Virus record (IMG/VR): IMGVR_UViG_3300026187_000081
Location: 1-27,026 of that record
From: a virus
Taxonomy: Duplodnaviria > Caudoviricetes
DNA: 27,026 bases
Direction: 5' to 3' (one strand)
Part shown: positions 1 to 7,995 of the stretch, piece after piece
Numbering within the stretch: the stretch's first letter is position 1
Layout: each line of letters opens with the position of its first letter
Position numbers and translations under genes: made by a program
Notes under the pieces: generated by a model
Seen by the model: the letters and a program-made list of their open reading frames with translations, nothing else
Database searches by the model: none
Told to the model about the DNA's origin: nothing

Positions 1-817
1 GAACCCTGTTACCTCTGTACGATGAGCCACCCGTAGTTGGTGTTACTATTTTTCTACTCTTACTCTTCATACTTTGGTCGTTACTTGATACTAACTCTGG
101 AAAGACCTTTTGTAAACGACTATTTAATTGACTGTAATAATCGTCTGAGTTCTTGTCATATCCTTCCAAATCTAGTTGAACGTCTATAGCCCTAGCTGCT
201 GCCGTTTCTCTTTCATAACCTTGTGCGTTAAACCATTGGTTTTGTTGCCACCAACCCATAGCTTTAGGTGGTGCTGGATTAACTGCAGCTTGTTGTGCTC
301 TGCCAACTGTAGGCGATTGTGTTTGTTGTTGTTGCCTAAGTTGATTTTGCAGTTCATTAACTCTGACTGCTGCTCTCATATCAGCTAATTGTTCAGAAAA
401 ACTAACTTGTGCCTCAGTGTCGCCCTCTTCAACTGATTTTTTCAAAGCTTCTTTTGTTAGAGCGTAACGTCTATCAAAGTCACTTTGCAGCCTTTGGTTT
501 TGCTGTTGACTATTAGAGTTTTCTAGTCTTTCTAGCCTTGCCTTTAATGTAGCAGTTTCTTCTTGATATTTTTTAGCTTGAAGTTCTGCTTGTCGCCTTT
601 GAGCAGACATTTTATTAAGTCTAGCTTGCACTGCTTCACTATACTGTTTGTCTTTTTCCTCTTTACTTTGAGGGGCTTCTTCAGACTGAGTTTCAGCTTG
701 GGCTTCAACTTCTTTTTCGTCAGTTACTTCTATTTCAAAATTCTCAGATTTGGCTTTACGCCTTGTCTCTTCAATTTCTTTTTCTATCTCTTCGATAGGA
801 TTGGAATTTTCGCTCAT
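1..817 (-). CDS. Putative capsid scaffolding protein (3' end runs off the window; missing from the ORF track)
   Basis: Manual translation: MSENSNPIEEIEKEIEETRRK...YSEAVQARLNKM...WWQQNQWF...EGYDKNSDDYYSQLNSRLQKVFPEL..., open to base 1. GGGAG RBS, acidic coiled-coil composition, and position after GroES. Confidence 0.7.
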   Translation of the reverse strand, partial: MSENSNPIEEIEKEIEETRRKAKSENFEIEVTDEKEVEAQAETQSEEAPQSKEEKDKQYSEAVQARLNKMSAQRRQAELQAKKYQEETATLKARLERLENSNSQQQNQRLQSDFDRRYALTKEALKKSVEEGDTEAQVSFSEQLADMRAAVRVNELQNQLRQQQQTQSPTVGRAQQAAVNPAPPKAMGWWQQNQWFNAQGYERETAAARAIDVQLDLEGYDKNSDDYYSQLNSRLQKVFPELVSSNDQSMKSKSRKIVTPTTGGSSYRGNRV

Positions 818-829
818 AATACAATCTCC

Positions 830-1237
830 CTATACATAAGCTGTTACGTCTACGCCATCTGGCAGTATACTTGTAACTTCATCGTCATTTAATAAGAGAA
901 ACCTTACGCCATTTATCGTAAGTTTTTGTCCAGCATATTTACCATAAGTAACTTTATCGCCTACTTTTGGCTTGTTATAAATACGCCAACTTGCTCCACT
1001 TTCTCTTTCTCTATATGCAAGCTCACCAATAGATGCAACAATCCCATGAGCAGTAAGATATGCTTCGTTTTCTTTTGCTTTCTCTGGGAGTATTATACCA
1101 CTTTTGGTTTTTTGTTTGGCTTGATTTGGTTGTATTAAGATTTTCCAACCCATTGGTATTGGTAGTTGGTGTGAACCGATTGTAGCCTTTGACTCTTCAT
1201 CGGTGTATAGCTTCGCTATGTCATGTTGATGAGACAT
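830..1237 (-). CDS. groES: Phage-encoded co-chaperonin GroES (Cpn10)
   Basis: Cpn10 signatures P-x-G-W-K-I-L-I, KTKSGIILP mobile loop, KVGDKVTYGKYAG and LLLNDDEV. Confidence 0.9.
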   Translation of the reverse strand: MSHQHDIAKLYTDEESKATIGSHQLPIPMGWKILIQPNQAKQKTKSGIILPEKAKENEAYLTAHGIVASIGELAYRERESGASWRIYNKPKVGDKVTYGKYAGQKLTINGVRFLLLNDDEVTSILPDGVDVTAYV

Positions 1238-1239
1238 GT

Positions 1240-1437
1240 TTATTCATCTCCTTGATCTAAATCAGTTAATGTTTTGTCGATAATAGCACAAGCGTCTTCA
1301 AGTCCCTGTGCTATTCCAACGTCTTTTTGGTATGATTGAAAGTCTGTTTCTCTTCCCTCAATCATCTTCTCTGCTATCGCAGATTTCTGTTCTCGTAGGT
1401 TGTTCTTTATTCTCTTCAGTAGTTCGATTGTGTTCAT
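1240..1437 (-). CDS. Small helical phage protein upstream of GroES
   Basis: 65-aa ORF coupled to groES, with a YQKDVGIAQGL motif. Confidence 0.75.
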   Translation of the reverse strand: MNTIELLKRIKNNLREQKSAIAEKMIEGRETDFQSYQKDVGIAQGLEDACAIIDKTLTDLDQGDE

Positions 1438-1504
1438 TTAGTTTAACCTCTCCAGACATAGAGACGCCAGTAACTAAAATCTCTACATCTTTACTTTTTT
1501 CCAT
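1358..1504 (-). CDS. Small hypothetical protein (MEKSKDVEILVTGVSMSGEVK...)
   Basis: In-frame ATG at 1504 overlaps the end of the upstream basic ORF. The 80-nt overlap with the next gene lowers confidence. Confidence 0.4.
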   Translation of the reverse strand: MEKSKDVEILVTGVSMSGEVKLNEHNRTTEENKEQPTRTEICDSREDD

Positions 1505-1610
1505 ACTTCTTACCTTTTTTCTTAACAACTTTTTTCTTAGCTTTTTTGCCATACATTTTCATTGTTTTGTTTCCTTTCGTCATTAGTGATGGAAATGATG
1601 CTCTATTCAT
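1491..1610 (-). CDS. Small Lys-rich basic protein (39 aa, MNRASFPSLMTKGNKTMKMYGKKAKKKVVKKKGKKYGKK)
   Basis: Manual translation, below the ORF-track cutoff. Resembles the other small basic ORFs of the head module. Confidence 0.6.
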   Translation of the reverse strand: MNRASFPSLMTKGNKTMKMYGKKAKKKVVKKKGKKYGKK

Positions 1611-1648
1611 GCCAAATATAATAACTAATTAATTATAAAAGCCAAATA

Positions 1649-1972
1649 TTATTTTTTTATATCTACAATTGGTTCAGCCATAGGACTTTCTGTATATACA
1701 TAACCTACTGACTGTTTTATAACTTTGCCATACTCTATTTCATTGACTGCTTTTGGGTCGTCTTCGAATACGTTTCCCCCATCTGATTCATCGCTATTAG
1801 GGTTCATAGCCTCTTTACATGCCATAGAATATTCATAGTTTGGTCTATTTTCAGCAACAAGACATTCTGGGCAACACCTAGCGGCATATCTCTTTTGTAC
1901 TTGTTTTAATCTAGTTCCACATTGTTTACAGAAGTCAAAGTTATTTTTCCCAACTGTAGAAGACATGATCAC
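1649..1972 (-). CDS. Hypothetical protein with a Zn-ribbon-like CxxC...CxxC
   Basis: CKQC and CPEC motifs. Start codon uncertain because of overlap with the hydrolase gene. Confidence 0.6.
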   Translation of the reverse strand: MIMSSTVGKNNFDFCKQCGTRLKQVQKRYAARCCPECLVAENRPNYEYSMACKEAMNPNSDESDGGNVFEDDPKAVNEIEYGKVIKQSVGYVYTESPMAEPIVDIKK

Positions 1973-2417
1973 CTATTATCCTTATCTTACGTTTGGCATT
2001 AACCCAATAAGGTCTAACATAAATTGCATGATAATGTGTGGCATCTTTCACTAAATCTATATTATCTAAATGCCCTTCATGTATAGACTTAGCTAAATGT
2101 AACGAATAATCCCAAGATTGCAAATCTTTTGGTTTGTCTGATTTACCATCACACCACCAACTAAACTGACATTTATTTTTTATTGGGTGATTGTTTTGGT
2201 ATTTACCTTGAAGGACTACGCCACATATTGTGTTTGGAAATCTTTCGTCTTTAACTCTATTTATAGTTACTATTGCCACTGCTAATTTGCCCACTGTAGG
2301 CTGATTTCGTGCTTCGTGGTATATATTGAGGGCTAAACAGTTTACCTCATCACTGCGACAGTTATGGGCGAACATAGTGACAACTGCTAACAATGTTAGC
2401 GTTAATAATATCTTCAT
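1941..2417 (-). CDS. Cell wall hydrolase, SleB/Hydrolase_2 family, with N-terminal signal or anchor
   Basis: CLALNIYHEAR (catalytic Glu), NRV..RFPNTICGVV, CQFSW, ATHYHA..V.PYW and IGDHVFY. Hydrophobic N-terminus and GGAGG RBS. Confidence 0.92.
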   Translation of the reverse strand: MKILLTLTLLAVVTMFAHNCRSDEVNCLALNIYHEARNQPTVGKLAVAIVTINRVKDERFPNTICGVVLQGKYQNNHPIKNKCQFSWWCDGKSDKPKDLQSWDYSLHLAKSIHEGHLDNIDLVKDATHYHAIYVRPYWVNAKRKIRIIGDHVFYSWEK

Positions 2418-2449
2418 AATAAACCTCCCAGTCTATTAGATTATTTATT

Positions 2450-2668
2450 TTACAGTGTTTGCCCCCTAGTTTCTACAAAATTAATTACATCTTCCCAATC
2501 AAACGAGGTATAAAGTGTATTATACCCACGTTTTATCATCATATTTCTTACCTCAAATGGGATACCAGTTTCGATATCCCCTACGCTAGATATTTCCATA
2601 TTATCGTATTGATAAGTCTTTTCATCAATACGTTTCCAATTTATTGGTATTACTTTTGCTTTTAACAA
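2450..2668 (-). CDS. Hypothetical early protein
   Basis: 72-aa ORF with AGGAG RBS before a TTG start, directly after the 2680..3060 gene. Confidence 0.6.
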   Translation of the reverse strand: MLKAKVIPINWKRIDEKTYQYDNMEISSVGDIETGIPFEVRNMMIKRGYNTLYTSFDWEDVINFVETRGQTL

Positions 2669-2679
2669 TAGTTTTCTCC

Positions 2680-3060
2680 TTAATAACCATACTGTTTATA
2701 AAATGCTTGATTCTCTTCTTCTGTAATAGTCGTAGTAACTAAATTAACGATATCTACAAACGCCTTAAAAGGATCATCGCTAGATATTGTGTAGTCCTCA
2801 TCATTCCATTTAATAGATGCATTTACGCCATCTAAAGGAAAAGCAGTAACACAACCAACTACTTCATAATTATAACCATCTTCAGTATACTTAATATTCC
2901 ATATAGGAGTGTCTGTATCCCAACCATATATATGCACTGATCTATTGTTAGTAAGTATTCTTTCAAAGTTAAATTGAATATTTGTAGGATGACCTTTTTT
3001 ATTTACATAACTATTGTAACTACCATAACCTACGATTTCTTTTGATAAAACTGTTTGCAT
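2680..3060 (-). CDS. Hypothetical early protein
   Basis: 126-aa ORF, first gene after promoter P1, with GGAG RBS. Confidence 0.8.
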   Translation of the reverse strand: MQTVLSKEIVGYGSYNSYVNKKGHPTNIQFNFERILTNNRSVHIYGWDTDTPIWNIKYTEDGYNYEVVGCVTAFPLDGVNASIKWNDEDYTISSDDPFKAFVDIVNLVTTTITEEENQAFYKQYGY

Positions 3061-3066
3061 TTTTTA

Positions 3067-3132
3067 CTCCAAATTTTGTTAATCGTTTTTCGTCTATTTA
3101 ATTGTTATAGCAAATGTAAATACATATGTCAA
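3067..3132 (-). promoter_or_regulatory. Early promoter P1 with conserved leader
   Basis: TTGACA (3132-3127), 17 bp, TATAAC (3109-3104). Spacer palindrome ATGTA-TT-TACAT. Leader AACGATTAACAAAATTTGGAG. Confidence 0.85.
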
Positions 3133-3167
3133 CATCTAATTTGGGTTTATTTAACATTTTTTATGGG

Positions 3168-3223
3168 TTGACATTGCTTTTTGTATGTGATAGAATCATT
3201 TCAACGAACAACAAAATATGGAG
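3168..3223 (+). promoter_or_regulatory. Early promoter P2 with conserved leader, divergent from P1
   Basis: TTGACA (3168), 17 bp, TAGAAT (3191). Leader AACGAACAACAAAATATGGAG at 3203-3223. Confidence 0.85.
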
Positions 3224-3229
3224 AAACAA

Positions 3230-3397
3230 ATGAATTTTAAATTTAGAGATTGGAAAGTAATCAGAAGCTCTGTTCAAAATGATAAGAGCTGTAAGTGGGT
3301 TGCTTATCACAATGGTAATCTTGTAAGAACTTTTCCTACAAAACACAAAGCAGTACAATTTGTTAATATTTCAATTATGGTTGGAGGTACTAAATAA
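3230..3397 (+). CDS. Small hypothetical early protein (55 aa, MNFKFRDWKVIRSS...GGTK)
   Basis: Manual translation. ATG follows the P2 leader and RBS, and the stop is 1 nt before the next ATG. Confidence 0.75.
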   Translation: MNFKFRDWKVIRSSVQNDKSCKWVAYHNGNLVRTFPTKHKAVQFVNISIMVGGTK

Positions 3398-3398
3398 A

Positions 3399-3632
3399 AT
3401 GAGTAAATATAAAGATTATTTAATGGAAATCGAAAATACTATAACTGATAGTATTACTGTAAATATGGTTTCTGATTCTGAACATGTTACTGATTTATAT
3501 GAAAAGGCAACGACTAAAATTAAGTCTTTGGCAAATGGCAAGGTTATAGTTAGCTCATATTCAGATATGATTAGGGATGTTTGCGATTGGGCTTGGGATG
3601 AATATTGGTCAACATATAGGGAGGGTTGCTAA
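3399..3632 (+). CDS. Hypothetical early protein (77 aa, MSKYKDYLMEIE...)
   Basis: GGAGG RBS upstream of ATG 3399. Start corrected from the ORF track. Confidence 0.75.
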   Translation: MSKYKDYLMEIENTITDSITVNMVSDSEHVTDLYEKATTKIKSLANGKVIVSSYSDMIRDVCDWAWDEYWSTYREGC

Positions 3633-4099
3633 TGGATGTAGATTACAGATACCACGATGGTGGTAGGTCTATGTATTTCAAAGGTAATGCTGGGGATTGT
3701 GTCGTAAGGGCAATCTCCATCTCAACCAATACTGACTATAAGGTTATTTATGACGAGTTATACCAACTCAACAAAGCCTATAAGAAGTCACGAAACAACA
3801 AAGTATCTAAGAAAATGAAAAGTGCCACACCTAGAAATGGTAATTTTAAGAAGGTGTATCATGATTATATTCTTGGAAAAGGCTATCGATATGTGCCATT
3901 AATTAAGTTTGGTTCTAAAGAAAGGACAAGACTTGACCAATTGAGTAAGCTCAAGAACATTATTGTCTGCATAAACAATCATATGATGACTATGAAAGAT
4001 GGCATTGTTTACGATACTTGGGATACTAGATACTCATATTGGGAAGGCGTCAAAGCTATTAGGACTATCAACTCTTATTACGAGAGGGTAGAGGCATGA
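3632..4099 (+). CDS. Phage protein with a GDCVVRA motif, possible papain-like (Cys-His-Asp) fold
   Basis: GDCVVRAISI...NNHMMTMKDGIVYDTWD. TAATG coupling to the upstream gene and GGAGG RBS. Confidence 0.6.
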   Translation: MDVDYRYHDGGRSMYFKGNAGDCVVRAISISTNTDYKVIYDELYQLNKAYKKSRNNKVSKKMKSATPRNGNFKKVYHDYILGKGYRYVPLIKFGSKERTRLDQLSKLKNIIVCINNHMMTMKDGIVYDTWDTRYSYWEGVKAIRTINSYYERVEA

Positions 4100-4311
4100 C
4101 AATGATGAGTATGATAAAAGGGCACACCTCAGTATTTCAATGCATAGGTGACGCTTATATCTCTAGGGATGCACAAAGGTTTTATTATGGGTATCTTCTT
4201 TGTATTAGAGCTAAGACTAATATTAAAGCTTTACATAAATATTTAATTAATAGGCACAACTTTAATAGAGTAATTTGTGCTGAACTATTAAGAAAGGCTA
4301 GAGTTAAATGA
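4096..4311 (+). CDS. Hypothetical protein
   Basis: 71-aa ORF with ATGA overlaps at both ends. Confidence 0.7.
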   Translation: MTMMSMIKGHTSVFQCIGDAYISRDAQRFYYGYLLCIRAKTNIKALHKYLINRHNFNRVICAELLRKARVK

Positions 4312-4439
4312 AAAGTTTTGTAATTACAATTTTGCTTTTATTATCACTAAGTTCTTGTTCTTACAAATTAAATAATATGCATGTTGATAAGGCTATATGG
4401 TTAGGAACGATTGTAGGTACTTTAGTAAGCTTAAACTAG
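4308..4439 (+). CDS. Small putative lipoprotein (43 aa, MKSFVITILLLLSLSSC^SYKLNN...)
   Basis: Manual translation: basic N-terminus, hydrophobic core, LSSC lipobox and a second hydrophobic stretch. ATGA overlap with the upstream gene. Confidence 0.6.
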   Translation: MKSFVITILLLLSLSSCSYKLNNMHVDKAIWLGTIVGTLVSLN

Positions 4440-7339
4440 GTAGCGTTGGCTTGGGTACTAGGCATATTGCTTAGTGCCCCATAGTCTTCATTGTTCATGG
4501 TAGCACCTAAACCTAGAGCACCTCCAGTAGCTGAGAATAATGGCATACCACCTCTAACTGTTTCCTTCACTTTAGGTGTTATGTTTATTGCGAAAGTTTC
4601 TTGCCCTTTTTCAGTCATATCTAAAGTTTGTTTAATAAATTCTCTCGCTTCTTCTCTAGTACGAAAACTTTCATCGAACAATTGCTCAACAGGTTGATCT
4701 CCTGAATCATAAACATAAAATCTACCATCTGACATTTCAGTTATGCTTAAACTTTTATCACTAGGTATTGGTATTTTTATTTTTTCAGTGGTTACGCCTA
4801 GACTTTTTGGTAGCTTGGATGCAACTTGTGGTATTATCTTATTGTAGTAATCTAAAAGAGATAGTTTACCCCATCTATCATACTGAACTTCACCTGGCGT
4901 AAAGGCAATAGCATCATACCCACCTTCATCTGCTAACTTCAATAGTCTTTTTATGGCTAGACCAGTCCATTTATTTCTATCTGTCACAAATGGTGCGGAT
5001 GGAACGCCACCTTTAATTTGATTCGATTTTTTTAAATAATCTTTAGATAGCTCTTTCATAAATTTATTGCCATCAGCATTAAATCTTGGTTGGTTTATTT
5101 GCCCAAATAAGAAATCTGCATCTTTATCATCATAATATTTGTTTATAGAGTTATCTTTGTCTATGATACTATCTAGTCTATATTTTAATGATTGATCACT
5201 AAGTTCACCTTTTCTGTATTCACCCATTGTATCATAAAAATTCATATACTGACCAAATGTCATTGTTCTGAACTCTTCTGGCATACGACTTTGAGAATAT
5301 TCAAAATCATAATCTTTAACATTGGCATTGGTATCATAATATTTAGCAGGGTTTTCGTGCTGTGCTTGAAAGTCTTTAGGTTTTTTGTATGGTATTCTAA
5401 TTGGTGGTCTATCAGGAAAAGCAAATTTATAAAGCGTTTCTTGTTCATAGCCATCAAGCTGAACACCACCTTTTTTCAAATCTAAAATTTGTTTTTGCAC
5501 ATCTTTCAGTTCTTTTTCTGCTTGTTTAAGTTTGCTTCCTTCTAATTTAAAACCTCGACCAGCACCCCTTTGCCCCCAATCACTTTGCAATTCTTCGACA
5601 TATAGTATTTTTCTACCATCTAACGATACCCTATCTTTAGTTCTTATATGAAATATTGGATTAAATTCATCAAAGTGTGTTTTGTACTGAAAATCTTTTC
5701 CTTTTTGATATATTTTAGGGTTCTCTAATCGAACTTCACCAAAACGATTCTCACCTTTTGGTGGCAATCTCAATAAATACTCTTTGTAGTTAGTACCACC
5801 TTTTTGTGTACTTCCTTCCCATTTAGCAATACTACCTGGATCATAGACACCATCTTGTATAGTTGCACTTTTAAGCCTAACCATAGCCTCATCAAAACTA
5901 CGAGGAGTTCGCATTTCTATAATTTCTGCTAAGTCATCTATTGTAAGGTTTTTTATTTCTGCTAATTTAGTTTGCCCATCTGCACTACCCTCTGTCCTAA
6001 TCCTATTATTTATTTCATCGACATACTCTTCAGCCTCAACAGAGTTTCGCCAATCTTTTACATCAGCGTCTGGTCTAAATGTAAAATATATATCAGTTAC
6101 GTCTTGTGCAGTATCATCTAGATTTTCAAACATTACAGTTTTGTATTGTGTAGGTACATGAGTATTTATAGTGCCATACAACTTCATTTCTTTAGGCTCA
6201 ACGTCTAAACCCTCAAAAATCTTTGCATCATACTCTATGGTAGGTCTTGAGTAATTGCCTGTTTCGTATGCCTCTTTAACTTCATCAGCACTTTTAAATC
6301 CTTCGTCACCTTTTCTAATATCAGTGAATGTTTCACTTGCAAAATATTCATCTGGATCTATACCATCACCCACTTGTTTAGTTTTTTTTGTTTCTATCAA
6401 AGCAACTTTGTTTAACTCTATTGTATCTATAATGTCTTTTTTAGTTACATTAGAGTTATTTTCAAATAAATCAGTAAGCCCAACTGCATCTAATTCATCT
6501 TGTTTTACGCCTTTGTTTAATAAAAAACCAGCAAACTGTGCTCCTGACCCTTTGTTTTGTTGCATCATCTTAGCTTGACGCTCTGCTTCTGAGTAAAAAC
6601 CATACTCATCAACGACTTTAGGGTCAGTCATCACATTACCACCACCTGGTGGCATTCTTCTTGTACTTGCTAACATCTTAGGTTCAGCTTTAGGTAACGC
6701 CCCTATGGTTGGTGCAGATACTTCTGTATCACCTTTGATTTTATCTGCTAAAGATTTAGCAAAATTTTTAAATTTTTTTGCTATTGGTTTAGCTAAATAA
6801 GCAACCCCCAAACCTTCGACTGCACTAGACGCAATATCAAATGCTGGTTCTGCTATATCTGGTCTATCTAGATATGTTTGAAAAGGGTTTCGCATGAAAC
6901 TTAATGTTGCCATTGACCTTTTAAATGCATCTGGCTCAGCTTTTACTAGTGCTCTTTGCCCTTCTTGAGCAGCAAACAATGAACCTATAGGTGTAGCATC
7001 AACAAGACCAATACTATCTTCTGTTCCAGTAAATGATTCTGTTGTACCTTTAAGCGTTCTTTTGCCTTCTCGAACATCTTTCCCTACAATACCTTTTGAT
7101 TTCAAATATTCTAAAGCTGACTGCACATAATTTTGACTTGTGTCTCTCATGGTAGGGCTGTAAGGCTCTAACATATAACCTTGGGATTGTTGTATATTCT
7201 TCTCTAACTGATTTAGAGGTACGCTAGAGTTGTATATCATAGAAGCATATCTAGGGTCTTCAAAAACACTTGGCTCTACGCTTTGTGCTTCCCTTATTCT
7301 ATTCTCTCTAAAAAATCTATCTAGCTCAGTCTCAGCCAT
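4436..7339 (-). CDS. Large polyvalent-type putative virion/ejected protein (EELQSDW motif domain)
   Basis: 967 aa with motifs GFYS...KGVKQDEL, GGTNYKEYLL, H.R.KDR...LYVEELQSDWGQ and APF...W..LAIKRLL..A..GGYDAIAFTPG, of the kind seen in large phage proteins. Located in the head operon. Confidence 0.6.
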   Translation of the reverse strand: MAETELDRFFRENRIREAQSVEPSVFEDPRYASMIYNSSVPLNQLEKNIQQSQGYMLEPYSPTMRDTSQNYVQSALEYLKSKGIVGKDVREGKRTLKGTTESFTGTEDSIGLVDATPIGSLFAAQEGQRALVKAEPDAFKRSMATLSFMRNPFQTYLDRPDIAEPAFDIASSAVEGLGVAYLAKPIAKKFKNFAKSLADKIKGDTEVSAPTIGALPKAEPKMLASTRRMPPGGGNVMTDPKVVDEYGFYSEAERQAKMMQQNKGSGAQFAGFLLNKGVKQDELDAVGLTDLFENNSNVTKKDIIDTIELNKVALIETKKTKQVGDGIDPDEYFASETFTDIRKGDEGFKSADEVKEAYETGNYSRPTIEYDAKIFEGLDVEPKEMKLYGTINTHVPTQYKTVMFENLDDTAQDVTDIYFTFRPDADVKDWRNSVEAEEYVDEINNRIRTEGSADGQTKLAEIKNLTIDDLAEIIEMRTPRSFDEAMVRLKSATIQDGVYDPGSIAKWEGSTQKGGTNYKEYLLRLPPKGENRFGEVRLENPKIYQKGKDFQYKTHFDEFNPIFHIRTKDRVSLDGRKILYVEELQSDWGQRGAGRGFKLEGSKLKQAEKELKDVQKQILDLKKGGVQLDGYEQETLYKFAFPDRPPIRIPYKKPKDFQAQHENPAKYYDTNANVKDYDFEYSQSRMPEEFRTMTFGQYMNFYDTMGEYRKGELSDQSLKYRLDSIIDKDNSINKYYDDKDADFLFGQINQPRFNADGNKFMKELSKDYLKKSNQIKGGVPSAPFVTDRNKWTGLAIKRLLKLADEGGYDAIAFTPGEVQYDRWGKLSLLDYYNKIIPQVASKLPKSLGVTTEKIKIPIPSDKSLSITEMSDGRFYVYDSGDQPVEQLFDESFRTREEAREFIKQTLDMTEKGQETFAINITPKVKETVRGGMPLFSATGGALGLGATMNNEDYGALSNMPSTQANAT

Positions 7340-7801
7340 TTAGAACCTATACTCTATATTTGCCCCAATATTCTTTTCTTTTCCAAGTGGCGTTCCATCC
7401 ACTGGATCAAAGTAGTAAGGGTTTATTTGACCTTGTATATTTAAGCTTGTGTTTTCTGTTATTGGTATACCTAAATACGCCCTTAACTGATCAACTGTTA
7501 ATCCTTGCCCAAACTGTTGACTTGCAGGAGCACCATAAACTTGTAGCTCTTCTGGAAATTTAACTTGACCTTCCATAAAATTACCACTACCACCCATGCC
7601 AAATACAGTGGGCTGACCTTCAACCATTGATGGAGCTTCAAAATTTAAATCCACACTACCACTAGCTCTGTTTTTTATTTCTGTGATGTTAGGAGTGCTA
7701 GTTGGCAAATTAACTGCAAATTGATTTACAGAACGCCCACCACTAATATCAACTTGTGGTGCTTTCATTTTTAAATTACTAAAAAAGCTTTTAATATCCA
7801 T
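7340..7801 (-). CDS. Beta-strand-rich protein ending in an OMP-like beta-signal (IGANIEYRF)
   Basis: 153 aa with alternating hydrophobic strands, terminal Y-x-F and no Sec signal peptide. Confidence 0.55.
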   Translation of the reverse strand: MDIKSFFSNLKMKAPQVDISGGRSVNQFAVNLPTSTPNITEIKNRASGSVDLNFEAPSMVEGQPTVFGMGGSGNFMEGQVKFPEELQVYGAPASQQFGQGLTVDQLRAYLGIPITENTSLNIQGQINPYYFDPVDGTPLGKEKNIGANIEYRF

Positions 7802-7995
7802 TACACTTGTCCTGCTGATAATGTTCTTGCCAATATCTCTAGAGTTTCTTGAAAGCCTTTATCTAGCTTCTTAGCTGCAGTAGCAAATTTCTTTGGGCTT
7901 ACCTCATCTGATTCCAAGCCTTTTGATTCTAAAAATTTCTTAGCAGCTCTTATTTCAGCGTTAGCTACCTTTTTTATTTTTGTTTTCTTAGCCAT
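7801..7995 (-). CDS. Small basic protein
   Basis: 64 aa, Lys-rich, TAATG-coupled on both sides. Confidence 0.75.
   Translation of the reverse strand: MAKKTKIKKVANAEIRAAKKFLESKGLESDEVSPKKFATAAKKLDKGFQETLEILARTLSAGQV

Noticed and set aside
3161-3358. Minus-strand 65-aa ORF
   Set aside because: It overlaps promoter P2 and the RBS-supported plus-strand ORF 3230..3397.
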